A DNA stretch of 32,000 nt from Kiritimatiella glycovorans (lineage in GTDB: Bacteria > Verrucomicrobiota > Kiritimatiellia > Kiritimatiellales > Kiritimatiellaceae), in the NCBI RefSeq assembly GCF_001017655.1, contig NZ_CP010904.1, positions 270,001 to 302,000 on the forward strand. The letters run 5' to 3'. A program made the position numbers and the translations under genes. Below are positions 1 to 9,545 of the stretch, one piece after another. Below the pieces are notes generated by a model. It saw only the letters and a list, made by a program, of their open reading frames with translations. It ran no database searches and was not told the DNA's origin. Within the stretch, counting starts at the first letter, position 1. Every line of letters begins with the position of its first letter.

Positions 1-784
1 ACCCAGCCGTCCTCCCGCATCCGGACCTCGGCGGCGGTCACGTGCTCGATCGTGGCACAGGCCTCGCGCACCGCCGCGGTTTCCGCGCGCAGTTCCGCCG
101 TGATGCGGGTGCCGGTTCCCAGGCGCCGGCGCAGATCGGCCGTCTTTTCGGACAGGAGGAGGCGTCCGGACTGCAGGATGAGCACCCGCTCGCAGACCGC
201 TTCCGCTTCCGGGAGCAGGTGGGTGGACAGCAGAACCGTGTGGCGGGAGGCCAGACCGGAGATCAGGTGGCGCAGCTCGCGCATCTGGGCCGGATCCAGG
301 CCCACCGAGGGTTCGTCGAGCACGAGCAGCTCCGGATCGGCGATCAGGGCGTCGGCCAGGCCCACCCGCTGGCGGTAGCCCTTGGACAGGCGTCCGATCA
401 CGGCACGCCCGCGGTCGGCGAGTCCGCATTGGGCGCGCACTTCACCCAGGCGGCGTTTCCGGTCGCGGCGCGGCACGCCCTTGATCGCGGCGCGGAACTG
501 AAGATATTCGTCCACGCGCATATCCGGATAGAGCGGACAGTTCTCGGGCAGGTAGCCGATGTTCCGTTTCACCTCGGCCGGGTGGACCCCGACCTCCGTG
601 CCGCCGATTTCCACCGAGCCGGAGGTTGCCTCCAGGAATCCGGTCAGCACCCGCAGCGTGGTCGTCTTGCCCGCCCCGTTCGGGCCGAGTACCGCGACGA
701 TCTCCCCGGCGCCGATCTCGAAGGAGAGATCGTCCACCGCGGTGACGCCGCCGGGGTAGCGCTTGACGAGGTTGGTTACGCGGA

Positions 785-788
<4 letters not shown>
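1..788 (-). CDS. ABC transporter ATP-binding protein (ABC-2 type); the C-terminal end runs off the window
   Basis: Own translation of the minus strand from the ATG at 788-786. It is absent from the ORF track because no stop lies in the window. Sequence: [51 protein letters not shown]... Walker A is GPNGAGKTT, the ABC signature is LSKGYRQRVGLA and Walker B is LLVLDEP. The ATG overlaps the TGA of the upstream transporter gene (ATGA). Confidence 0.85.
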
Positions 789-2365
<1,577 letters not shown>

Positions 2366-2399
2366 CGTATCCGCCTCCCGGTTCGGTCCGACGGGACGC

Positions 2400-2627
2400 T
2401 CAGCCCCGATAGCGGTAAGTGATCCGCCCCTTGGTCAGATCGTACGCCGAGACCTCCACGCGGACCTTGTCGCCGGTGGCGATCCGGATGAAATGCTTGC
2501 GCATCTTTCCCGATATGTGTGCGAGCACGACGTGACCGTTCTCCAGCTCGACCCGGTACATCGTGGCGGGAAGGACCTCTTTTACGACGCCCTCCACCTC
2601 GACTATGTCGTCTTTCTGCTTGGCCAT
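2400..2627 (-). CDS. infA: Translation initiation factor IF-1
   Basis: The internal ATG (2627) of ORF 2400..2708 gives 75 aa: [75 protein letters not shown]. This is a near-canonical IF-1 S1-fold sequence. A GGAGAA RBS lies upstream. Confidence 0.93.
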   Translation of the reverse strand: MAKQKDDIVEVEGVVKEVLPATMYRVELENGHVVLAHISGKMRKHFIRIATGDKVRVEVSAYDLTKGRITYRYRG

Positions 2628-2723
2628 GCATTCTCCCTGTCTTGTCGCATGAATATGCCGCTGCGGGAACAGCGTGTCACGATAGAATAACGGGTGCTCC
2701 GCGCACAAGAGGAAACGGCGGGG

Positions 2724-2739
2724 AGGAAGGGAGAAGTCC
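2724..2739 (+). repeat. 16-bp direct repeat flanking the IS30-family element (left copy, AGGAAGGGAGAAGTCC)
   Basis: Identical 16-mer at 2724-2739 and 3948-3963. The bases immediately outside differ on both sides. Confidence 0.85.
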
Positions 2740-3947
2740 GGTAGGTTGTAAACCCAAATGCCGCATGTAGTGGTCTTGTTTCATTTATGAGATCGTTTTG
2801 AGTTCGTTCGTGAAGAGTTCGTGAGGGGTCATGAAGTCGAGGATCCGGCGCGGGTAGTTATTGATCCATAGCTCGATGTCGCGGATTTTCTGCTTGGTAA
2901 AGCGCGCGATATCCCGGCCCTTGGCCACGAACCGTCTGATCATCCTGTTGCCGTTCTCGTTCGATCCGCGTTCCCAGGATGAGTATGGGTGGGCGTAGAA
3001 GATCTGGGTTCGCTGTTGCTTCGAGAAGGAAGAGGCTTCTAAGGCTTCGAAGTCCAGGAACTCGCTGCCGTTGTCGACCGTGATGGTCTTGAAGATCTGA
3101 CGGAAGCAGCGGGAGCCATGTTCACGCTCGAGCCCTCTGAGAACTTTGAGCACGCTGGCTTGGCTCTTATCAGGCAGCTTGCGAATGATCGTGATCCGAT
3201 GTCTGCGTTCCACCAGGGTCAATAGGGCGGCATTGGACCCGCGCGTGGGGCCGGTCACCAGGTCCATCTCCCAGTGTCCGAACTCCTCGCGCGTCTCGGC
3301 TCCTTCGGGACGCTGGTCGATGCTTTTGCCTTTGGAAATCCGCTTCGCCAACCGCCGAGCGCCGCGTTTGCGCCGCTTGGCTCGCTTACGCTTCTCCCAC
3401 AGTGACTCGTTGCTGAGCCCGAAAATGACGCCTTTATCGATGTAGTTATAGATCGTCTTGGTGCACACCACCTCCTCCAGACCGGCCTGACGCATCCGAA
3501 AGGCGACTACATCGGGCGATTCCTTATGTTCCACAATGCGGCAACGGATGAATTCGGCCAGCGCATAGTTGCGGCCCAGCCTCAGACCGGGCCCCCTTGC
3601 GGTGGCGTGGTAATCATGGAGGTCCTGGCCGCGATCGCTGCTGTAGGTCCGGTATTCCCGCCACTCCGAGTCCCGGTGGGTCACCGTCCCGCGCTTGAGC
3701 TCACGCTGGATCGTACGCGGGTGACGCTCCAAGGCGGCCGCGATGTCCCGTGGGGGGATCCCCCCACGGGACATCCGCTCAATCACCATGCGCTCCACCC
3801 TCGTCAAGTGCTTGCCCTTCCTGCTATTCTGATTCTGTTCCATGCCGTCTCCTTCCTCTGTTGTCCTGTTGTAAGACCACAAAGGATAGCGAACCACGGC
3901 ATGGAACGCTCTCTCCTATACCTGCGGCATTTCACATTACACTTCTC
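2740..3947 (-). mobile_element. IS30-family insertion sequence, about 1.2 kb, single transposase ORF
   Basis: Bounded by the 16-bp direct repeats. It has imperfect terminal inverted repeats. The left end is GGTAGGTTGTAAACCCAAATGCCGCATGTAGTGG. The reverse complement of the right end is GAGAAGTGTAATGTGAAATGCCGCAGGTATAGG. They share the cores TGTAA and AAATGCCGCA, about 23 of 34 positions. The transposase ORF fills the interior. Confidence 0.8.
2785..3843 (-). CDS. IS30 family transposase (HTH plus DDE)
   Basis: The ORF is 2785..3897. The likely start is MEQNQNSRKGKHLTRVERMVIERM, with a GGAAGGAGA RBS 6 nt upstream. There is an N-terminal HTH (RTIQRELKRG). The catalytic core contains ITVDNGSEF and FYAHPYSSWERGSNEN motifs typical of IS30-type DDE transposases. 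Confidence 0.9.
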   Translation of the reverse strand: MEQNQNSRKGKHLTRVERMVIERMSRGGIPPRDIAAALERHPRTIQRELKRGTVTHRDSEWREYRTYSSDRGQDLHDYHATARGPGLRLGRNYALAEFIRCRIVEHKESPDVVAFRMRQAGLEEVVCTKTIYNYIDKGVIFGLSNESLWEKRKRAKRRKRGARRLAKRISKGKSIDQRPEGAETREEFGHWEMDLVTGPTRGSNAALLTLVERRHRITIIRKLPDKSQASVLKVLRGLEREHGSRCFRQIFKTITVDNGSEFLDFEALEASSFSKQQRTQIFYAHPYSSWERGSNENGNRMIRRFVAKGRDIARFTKQKIRDIELWINNYPRRILDFMTPHELFTNELKTIS

Positions 3948-3963
3948 AGGAAGGGAGAAGTCC
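3948..3963 (+). repeat. 16-bp direct repeat flanking the IS30-family element (right copy)
   Basis: Identical to 2724-2739. It overlaps the hairpin GAAGGG-agaagt-CCCTTC (3950-3967), which is followed by T8 (3968-3975). Confidence 0.85.
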
Positions 3964-4011
3964 CTTCTTTTTTTTGCCTCGCCGCCCCTTGGGGTTCTAT
4001 ACTGAGGCCGC

Positions 4012-4239
4012 ATGAAGTCGATCGCTACCACCATGATTCTGACGGGCGGCGTCCTGCTGGTGCTGGGTCTGCTGATGTTTTTTGCCGCGCGGCTCCCGTT
4101 CCCCTTCGGACGGCTGCCCGGCGATATCCACGTCCACGGCCGGAACACGACATTCCATTTCCCGGTGGTGACGTGTATCGTGGTCAGTGTCGTGCTGACG
4201 CTGATTCTGAATCTCCTGATGCGGATAGTAAACAGGTGA
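4012..4239 (+). CDS. Small membrane protein, DUF2905-like
   Basis: 75 aa with two hydrophobic helices flanking FPFGRLPGDIHV, the conserved central motif recalled for the DUF2905 family. A GAGG RBS lies 4 nt upstream of the ATG. Confidence 0.6.
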   Translation: MKSIATTMILTGGVLLVLGLLMFFAARLPFPFGRLPGDIHVHGRNTTFHFPVVTCIVVSVVLTLILNLLMRIVNR

Positions 4240-4439
4240 AATACTGAGGTAAACACCTGAACGGCGACCTCGCCCGCGCCTACGGCCGCGCCATGCGCCA
4301 GTGGGCCGAGTACATGGGTCATCTGCGCAAAGCCTATCCCTTCCTGTTCTCCTTCGCAGCGCGCAATAATCCGTTCCGCGAACAGCAGGACGTACGCGTG
4401 GGATGAGCCGCCCTTGCAATCGCTCACGTTCTTTGCATA

Positions 4440-7286
4440 ATGACGGGCCAAGAATGGCGGAGTGACGCTTCGTCGTTTCGGGGAGACGGACCGCAAAGGG
4501 AACGGGGGTGCGGTGTGACGTGCAGGGAACGGCAGCTCAGGGTGCAGCGCGATCTGGCGCTGGCGCTGACGCAGGAACGGGGACTCGACGAGACACTGAA
4601 ACTCTGTCTCGAAGGCGCCTTCGAGGTTTCGGGTACGCAGGCGGGGGGCGTCTACCTCTTTCAACCCGACACCGGCGAGCTGGCGATCGCCGCGCATCAG
4701 GGCCTGTCGGAAGATTTCCTGCGCACGGTACGACGCCTCGGGCCCGACGAAAAACCCGTCCGGCTCGTCCGCGAAGGCACCCCGCTCTATACCCGCTACA
4801 GCGAACTGCCCTATGAGCGCCCTCCGGAACGGGACCGCGAGGGACTCCGCAGTGTCGCGATCGTCCCGATCCTGCACGGCGACGAGGCCATCGGCTGCCT
4901 CAACGTCGCCTCCCGCGAAGCGGACCGGATCGAGGAATCCGATCGCGAGTCGCTGGAGACACTCGCCGGGGTCATGGGGCAGGTGATCGCGGCAAAACAG
5001 GCCGAAATCGCCCTTCAGGCGAGCGAAGAACGGTTCCGGAAGATCGTCGACCACCTCCCGCAGTTCGTGGCGTTTGCCGATACCGACCTCCGCTACCGCT
5101 ACGTCAACCGGACGTACGAGAAGGTGTTCGGGATGGACGCCGAAGCGATCCTGGGGCGCAGCGTGCCCGAGTTTATCGGCGAAGAGGCCTTCGAGCGGGC
5201 GCGACCGCACGTCGAGCGCGTGCTCGAGGGCGAAAAGGTTCACTACCGTGAACAGTGCTCCTGCCTTCACAACGGGTCGCGGCACATCGAAGGCGTCCTG
5301 CTGCCCGAACGCGACGAGCACGGCCGCGTCCACGGCTACTACGCCGTTCTGAACGACGTCACTCATTACGTAGAAGCGCTGGCACAGCTTGAAGCGACCT
5401 CGGCGCGGATGGACGCCGCCGTGCACGCGGGAAGGATCGGGATCTGGGAGCGCGACTTCAGGACGGGTACCGTATTCTACTCCGCCGAGTGGAAACGCCA
5501 GCTCGGATATGCGGATGACGACGTGGGCGGGGCGCTGGAGGAGTGGACCGGCCGGCTGCATCCGGATGAGGCTTCGCGCGTGCTGGAGGAACTGCAAGCG
5601 TTCATGGAGAGTGCGAACACCGAGTACGAGTTTGAATTCAGACTGCGCCACCGCGACGGATCGTACCGGTGGCTGGAGGCTCGTACGGTCATCTATCGCG
5701 AAGACGACGGAACGCCGCGGCGGATGCTGGGTACGCATGTCGACGTCACCGAGCGCAGGCAGGCCGAACGGGAGCGGGAACACCTGCTGCACGCGGTGGA
5801 GCAGGTGGCCGACATCGTCGTGGTCACCGACACCGAAGGCGCCATCCGGTTCGTGAACTCCTCGTTCGAGCGGATCACCGGGTACGGCAGGGACGAGGTC
5901 CTGGGTGAAAACCCGCGCATTCTCAAGAGCGGGGAGCAGTCGGACGATTACTACCGCGACCTCTGGGAGACGATCTCCGGCGGCCGGACCTGGCACGGTC
6001 GGTTCGTCAATCGGAAGAAGGACGGCGAGCACTACACGGAATCCGCCACCATCTCGCCCGTGTTCGATCAGAACGGGACGATCGTGAGCTATGTCGCCGT
6101 CAAGCGCGACATCACGGAACAACTCCTGCTCGAGGAGCAGTACCTGCACGCCCAGCGGCTGGAGGGGGTGGGCAAGCTCGCCGGGGGGATTGCGCACGAT
6201 TTCAACAATATCCTGCAGGTGATGATGGGCAACGCGCAGATCGCGCGCACGGAGGCCGAGGAGGGGTCCTCGCTCCAGACTTCGCTCGACGAGGTGCTCA
6301 AGGCCGGCAAGCGGGCGCGCGATCTGACCCGCGAGCTGTTGACGTTCACGCGGCGGCACGACACCGAACGCCGGCCGGTCAACATCAATGAACTCATTGC
6401 CAACATGGAGGGCATGATCAGGACCGCGCTCAGTGAACGCGTGGGCTACGAATCCCGCCTGACCGACGGCCTGCCCGCGGTCAGCGCCGATCCCGGCCAG
6501 ATCGAGCAGGCCCTGCTGAATCTGGTGACCAACGCGCGCGATGCCATGCCCGAGGGCGGGAGCTTCCGCATCGAGACCTCGACCCAGTATCTCGATGAAT
6601 GGTTCTGTACGTGGCACAGCGAAGCCTCGCCCGGAGAATACGTGCGGATCGATGTCAGCGATACGGGATGCGGGATGGACCGTGACACCTGCGAGAAGGC
6701 GTTCGACCCGTTTTTCACCACCAAGGAAGTGGGAGCGGGAACGGGCTTGGGGCTCTCCTCGGTCTACGGCATCGTGTCGCAGCACAAGGGATTCATATCC
6801 CTGTACAGTGAGCCGGGCCGGGGCGCGACCTTCCGGCTTTATCTGCCCGCGAGCGAAGAGTCGTGCGAAGCTCCCGAAGCGCCCCGCCTCGAAGGCGATC
6901 CGGTACCGGGCGGGACCGCGACCGTGCTGCTGGGCGAGGACGACCCCGGCGTGATGACCTGGCTGCGTCACATACTCGAGCGAGCGGGGTACCGCGTGAT
7001 CGCCGCCGAGGACGGGGCCGCGGCTTTGGAGCTCATCGACGCCGGCGGCGAAAAGATCGATCTGGCCGTGCTCGATGTCGTCATGCCCCGTTACGACGGA
7101 AGCGAAGTGGCCCGCCGTTTTCGCGAAAAGCATGGCGAGGAGGCCCCCGTCGTTTTTCTGAGCGGGTACAGTCGCAATTATCTCAGCGGGTTCCGCGAGC
7201 GCGACTCCGCCACGCGCATCCTGTCCAAACCCTGCTGCGAGGAAGATCTCCTGCGCGCCATGCATTCGTTGCTGGAGAAGAGGTGA
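4440..7286 (+). CDS. Hybrid sensor histidine kinase (GAF - 3x PAS - HisKA - HATPase_c - receiver)
   Basis: 948-aa ORF. It has a GAF-like N-terminal region and repeated PAS signatures (e.g. FRLRHRDGSYRWL, VAVKRDITEQ). The H-box is GGIAHDFNNIL, the N/G boxes are NLVTNARDAM and DTGCGM...GTGLGLS, and the C-terminal receiver is VLLGEDDP...LAVLDVVMP. The true start is uncertain; an in-frame GTG at 4515 is an alternative. Confidence 0.9.
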   Translation: MTGQEWRSDASSFRGDGPQRERGCGVTCRERQLRVQRDLALALTQERGLDETLKLCLEGAFEVSGTQAGGVYLFQPDTGELAIAAHQGLSEDFLRTVRRLGPDEKPVRLVREGTPLYTRYSELPYERPPERDREGLRSVAIVPILHGDEAIGCLNVASREADRIEESDRESLETLAGVMGQVIAAKQAEIALQASEERFRKIVDHLPQFVAFADTDLRYRYVNRTYEKVFGMDAEAILGRSVPEFIGEEAFERARPHVERVLEGEKVHYREQCSCLHNGSRHIEGVLLPERDEHGRVHGYYAVLNDVTHYVEALAQLEATSARMDAAVHAGRIGIWERDFRTGTVFYSAEWKRQLGYADDDVGGALEEWTGRLHPDEASRVLEELQAFMESANTEYEFEFRLRHRDGSYRWLEARTVIYREDDGTPRRMLGTHVDVTERRQAEREREHLLHAVEQVADIVVVTDTEGAIRFVNSSFERITGYGRDEVLGENPRILKSGEQSDDYYRDLWETISGGRTWHGRFVNRKKDGEHYTESATISPVFDQNGTIVSYVAVKRDITEQLLLEEQYLHAQRLEGVGKLAGGIAHDFNNILQVMMGNAQIARTEAEEGSSLQTSLDEVLKAGKRARDLTRELLTFTRRHDTERRPVNINELIANMEGMIRTALSERVGYESRLTDGLPAVSADPGQIEQALLNLVTNARDAMPEGGSFRIETSTQYLDEWFCTWHSEASPGEYVRIDVSDTGCGMDRDTCEKAFDPFFTTKEVGAGTGLGLSSVYGIVSQHKGFISLYSEPGRGATFRLYLPASEESCEAPEAPRLEGDPVPGGTATVLLGEDDPGVMTWLRHILERAGYRVIAAEDGAAALELIDAGGEKIDLAVLDVVMPRYDGSEVARRFREKHGEEAPVVFLSGYSRNYLSGFRERDSATRILSKPCCEEDLLRAMHSLLEKR

Positions 7287-7367
7287 AGCGGGGTCAGAAA
7301 CAGATGGTCGCTTGCGTTTCGGGATGCTGTGCGATAAACAGGGATCTTCAGTCAGGGAGGACGGATC

Positions 7368-8048
7368 ATGAATCGCATCGTTATCGCCTTATGCGCTGTT
7401 TTCGTCGCTTTTCCGGTGTGCGCGGAAGAGTGGACTGAGCTGTTCAACGGCAGGGACCTCGAGGGGTGGACCGCGAAGGGCGGCGAGGCGAGCTACGAGG
7501 TCGTGGACGGCATGTTGGTCGGGACCACGAAGCCGAACACCCCGAACACCTTTCTTTGTCCCGACAGGTCATACGCCGATTTCGAGCTGCGGTTCGAGGT
7601 CAAGTGCGACCCGCAACTCAATTCCGGTATTCAGATCCGGTCCGCCGACAAGCCGAAAATGATCCCGGACGCCCTGGGGCCGGTAGTGCGCGAGAAGGCG
7701 CGCCGCCGCGTGCGCAGCGGATCGCTCTGCGGACCGCAGGTGGAGATCGCCGCCAACGGGAACGCCGGCGGACTCTGGTTCGAGGGCGTAGGCGGATGGA
7801 CGCTCAAGCCGAAGCCGGAGCTGGCGAACGAGGTGTACCAAAAGGATGGCTGGAACGAGTACCGCATCCTGGCCGACGGCCGGCGCGTCGCCGTATGGAT
7901 CAACGGCACGAAGATCAGCGATGGTCCCGACGACCGTTCCGGAATGAGCAGCGGCTATCTCGGATTCCAGGTCCACGGCGTAGGCGCCCGCAAAGACCCG
8001 TTGCGCGTGCGCTGGCGGAACATCCGCATCCGGACGCTGGACGACTGA
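7368..8048 (+). CDS. Secreted DUF1080 (3-keto-disaccharide hydrolase-like) domain protein
   Basis: Signal peptide MNRIVIALCAVFVAFPVCAEE. Typical DUF1080 motifs are LFNGRDLEGW, FELRFEVK, NSGIQIRS, GWNEYRI and YLGFQVHG. A GGGAGGA RBS is present. Confidence 0.8.
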   Translation: MNRIVIALCAVFVAFPVCAEEWTELFNGRDLEGWTAKGGEASYEVVDGMLVGTTKPNTPNTFLCPDRSYADFELRFEVKCDPQLNSGIQIRSADKPKMIPDALGPVVREKARRRVRSGSLCGPQVEIAANGNAGGLWFEGVGGWTLKPKPELANEVYQKDGWNEYRILADGRRVAVWINGTKISDGPDDRSGMSSGYLGFQVHGVGARKDPLRVRWRNIRIRTLDD

Positions 8049-8093
8049 CCGCATCCTTCGGGCTCGCCTGCTTCAATGGTGTATCGGAAGAGA

Positions 8094-8123
8094 ACCACCG
8101 ATTACACCGATCGCACGGATGAT
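8094..8123 (+). repeat. 9-nt periodic module (CACCGATTA CACCGATCG CACGGATGA) of the extragenic element family; intron-free paralogue of the group II intron insertion site
   Basis: Three 9-nt units read directly. The minus strand of 8094-8121 matches the exon sequence flanking the intron at 24 of 28 positions. Confidence 0.7.
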
Positions 8124-8151
8124 GATAAGAAGGAAAAAGGGGCAGCCCAGG

Positions 8152-8236
8152 TTGTCGGTATGGCGAAGCGGCTACGGAAATGGAAAGAGATCGGAAGCAG
8201 AGTTTCTGAAACCGGCATGACTTCGGCCTTTTCGTG
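8152..8236 (+). repeat. 85-bp direct repeat, copy 1
   Basis: 82 of 85 positions identical to 11835-11919 (TTGTCGGTATGG..GGCTACGGAAATGGAAAG.GATCGGAAGCAGAGTTTCTGAAACCGGCATGACTTCGGCCTTTTCGTG). Confidence 0.9.
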
Positions 8237-8275
8237 TTCACCCTTGTCCCTTTTCGCTCACCCTCCCCCTGGTCC

Positions 8276-8345
8276 GTGAGGCTTCCCGCCCACTAAAACC
8301 CTGAAGATGCAGGGAAGACATGACGCAACTGGGCGGGCCTCTCAC
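8276..8345 (+). other. Nested inverted repeat / hairpin upstream of the antitoxin gene
   Basis: GTGAG..CCCGCCCA (8276-8292) pairs with TGGGCGGG..CTCAC (8330-8345). The loop contains a second hairpin, CCCTG-aagatg-CAGGG. Confidence 0.4.
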
Positions 8346-8459
8346 CTCGGCCGCCGAGTATAGAATACGCTGACCTGACAGCCGAATTTGGGCAAAAGAT
8401 AAGCTTGAATACCATGCCCGACGTGGTTCAGTTCCAAAGTAATCAAGCGTGAGGTGACT

Positions 8460-8687
8460 ATGCCAAGCACAGCCGAGATCATACACGAAGCGGAGTCCCT
8501 GCCCGTGGAGGAACGTGCGGTCGTGGTCGACTCTCTATTGCGTTCCCTCAATCCCCCGGACCCGGAGATCGACCGGAAATGGGCGGCTGTCGCCAAACGG
8601 CGACTTGATGAACTCCGTTCAGGCCGCGTCAAGCCCGTCCCGGGAGAGGAAGTTTTCGCAGAGATCCGCCAGCGATTCGCGGTATGA
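8460..8687 (+). CDS. Type II antitoxin, putative addiction-module component (TIGR02574-like)
   Basis: 75 aa: MPSTAEIIHEAESLPVEERAVVVDSLLRSLNPPDPEIDRKWAAVAKRRLDELRSGRVKPVPGEEVFAEIRQRF. The pattern (LP.EER...L..SL....DPE.D..W..E..RR..E..SG....P.EEVF) is the one I recall for this antitoxin family. A GTGAGG RBS is present. The stop overlaps the next ATG (ATGA). Confidence 0.7.
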   Translation: MPSTAEIIHEAESLPVEERAVVVDSLLRSLNPPDPEIDRKWAAVAKRRLDELRSGRVKPVPGEEVFAEIRQRFAV

Positions 8688-8712
8688 CATTCTCTTTCCA
8701 TCCTGTAAGCAG
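8684..8712 (+). pseudogene. Remnant N-terminus of a RelE/ParE-type toxin (MTFSFHPVS...), truncated by AT-rich DNA
   Basis: It is translationally coupled to the antitoxin. M..F.FHP is the usual start of the RelE/ParE partners of this antitoxin family. Base composition drops sharply after about 8712, and the rest of the toxin fold is absent. Confidence 0.4.
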
Positions 8713-8899
8713 GGGAGGTTGTAAAATGTACTGTAGAAAAACAAGCCCTATTAGTTACTTCGTCATAGCAGCCTTATTCAGCTTATTAGTGTTTGTGTCA
8801 TTTGGAATATCATCCTGGTTATTCAGCGGTAAATGGTGTGGTGGCATGGATTGGCGGGATTTAATTACTAAGTCGGAAAGAGAAATGATATTAGAATAA
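8684..8899 (+). CDS. Chimeric small ORF: toxin remnant fused in frame to a hydrophobic single-helix peptide (an internal ATG at 8726 is an alternative start)
   Basis: 71-aa ORF. Residues 20-45 (ISYFVIAALFSLLVFVSFGISSWLF) form a predicted TM helix. The DNA is AT-rich, about 38% GC in the 60-nt line I counted. No family was recognised. Confidence 0.35.
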   Translation: MTFSFHPVSRGGCKMYCRKTSPISYFVIAALFSLLVFVSFGISSWLFSGKWCGGMDWRDLITKSEREMILE

Positions 8900-8974
8900 T
8901 GCGGATTAAGTAGGCACTGCAGTGATGAAAGATTTTATGGATCTGTATGTGATTACTTAGTCAATAGAATCATT

Positions 8975-9427
8975 ATGAATCCTGAAAATGGTGATTTTGA
9001 TGAGGATCTTCTACTGCGGTTTAAATCCTATTGTGCCACGCGAAAAGGGGAGGAAGACGAGTACAGAGCCGGTCTTTCCTATACTTTAGCGACGATGCTT
9101 CTCAAGGCCAACAAAAAGCGGTCTGAATGCAGGCGGGAACTTGATCACGTAGAATCTGCGGATTATTCTTTTTATAAATATGGGAAGCCGGCTCGGCCTC
9201 TATCCAATCGCGATGGACATCATGCAGGGGATTCTGATTGGGCGGAAGAGTGGCGGGAATACTATCGTGATCAGGAATTCCGGCGACGGAGGAATATGCG
9301 TAATGTGTCGGAGGTGAAGCGGTTCAGGGGACAGTGTATAAATGGCCGAGGGGAGGACTATGTTAGTCAGAAAAAAAGTGAATGGAATAGATATTTAAAT
9401 GAAATAATAGTGAATAGTAGAAATTAA
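8975..9427 (+). CDS. Hypothetical protein in the AT-rich cassette (150 aa, charged, no family recognised)
   Basis: Longest ORF in the low-GC stretch. It is a hydrophilic protein rich in E, R and K (MNPENGDFDEDLLLRFKSYC...). I recognised no similarity to any family. Confidence 0.5.
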   Translation: MNPENGDFDEDLLLRFKSYCATRKGEEDEYRAGLSYTLATMLLKANKKRSECRRELDHVESADYSFYKYGKPARPLSNRDGHHAGDSDWAEEWREYYRDQEFRRRRNMRNVSEVKRFRGQCINGRGEDYVSQKKSEWNRYLNEIIVNSRN

Positions 9428-9545
9428 ATAAATCAGTAGCATCCTATAGGGCCCCATATCGGGGCATAGAGCTTGTGGCGGGACAGAAGGGTCCGCCTAA
9501 TGCATTATTGGCGATTGGAAAGGATCGTTGATGTTTTTCATGTTC

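Noticed and set aside
3950-3975. Calling the GAAGGG/CCCTTC hairpin plus T8 a functional intrinsic terminator
   Set aside because: It is plus-oriented but no plus-strand gene ends upstream of it, either now or in the reconstructed pre-insertion sequence. It is reported as the IS30 target structure, and its function is left open.
3804-7265. 1153-aa minus-strand ORF, the longest in the track, opposite the hybrid kinase gene
   Set aside because: It is an antisense shadow ORF typical of high-GC DNA. The translation is Arg/Gly/Ala/Pro-rich with no recognisable motifs. The plus strand encodes a kinase with every expected motif in order, and the ORF also runs straight through the DUF2905 gene and the IS30 end.
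8076-8279. Small ORFs drawn through the repeat elements: 8076..8279(+), 9598..9786(+), 12915..13097(-), 22571..22774(-), and 7915..8241(-) with 11832..12242(-), which share a C-terminal peptide
   Set aside because: Their peptides are periodic low-complexity translations of the 6-nt and 9-nt repeats. The shared peptide simply reflects the 85-bp DNA repeat. They have no RBS and no plausible start context.
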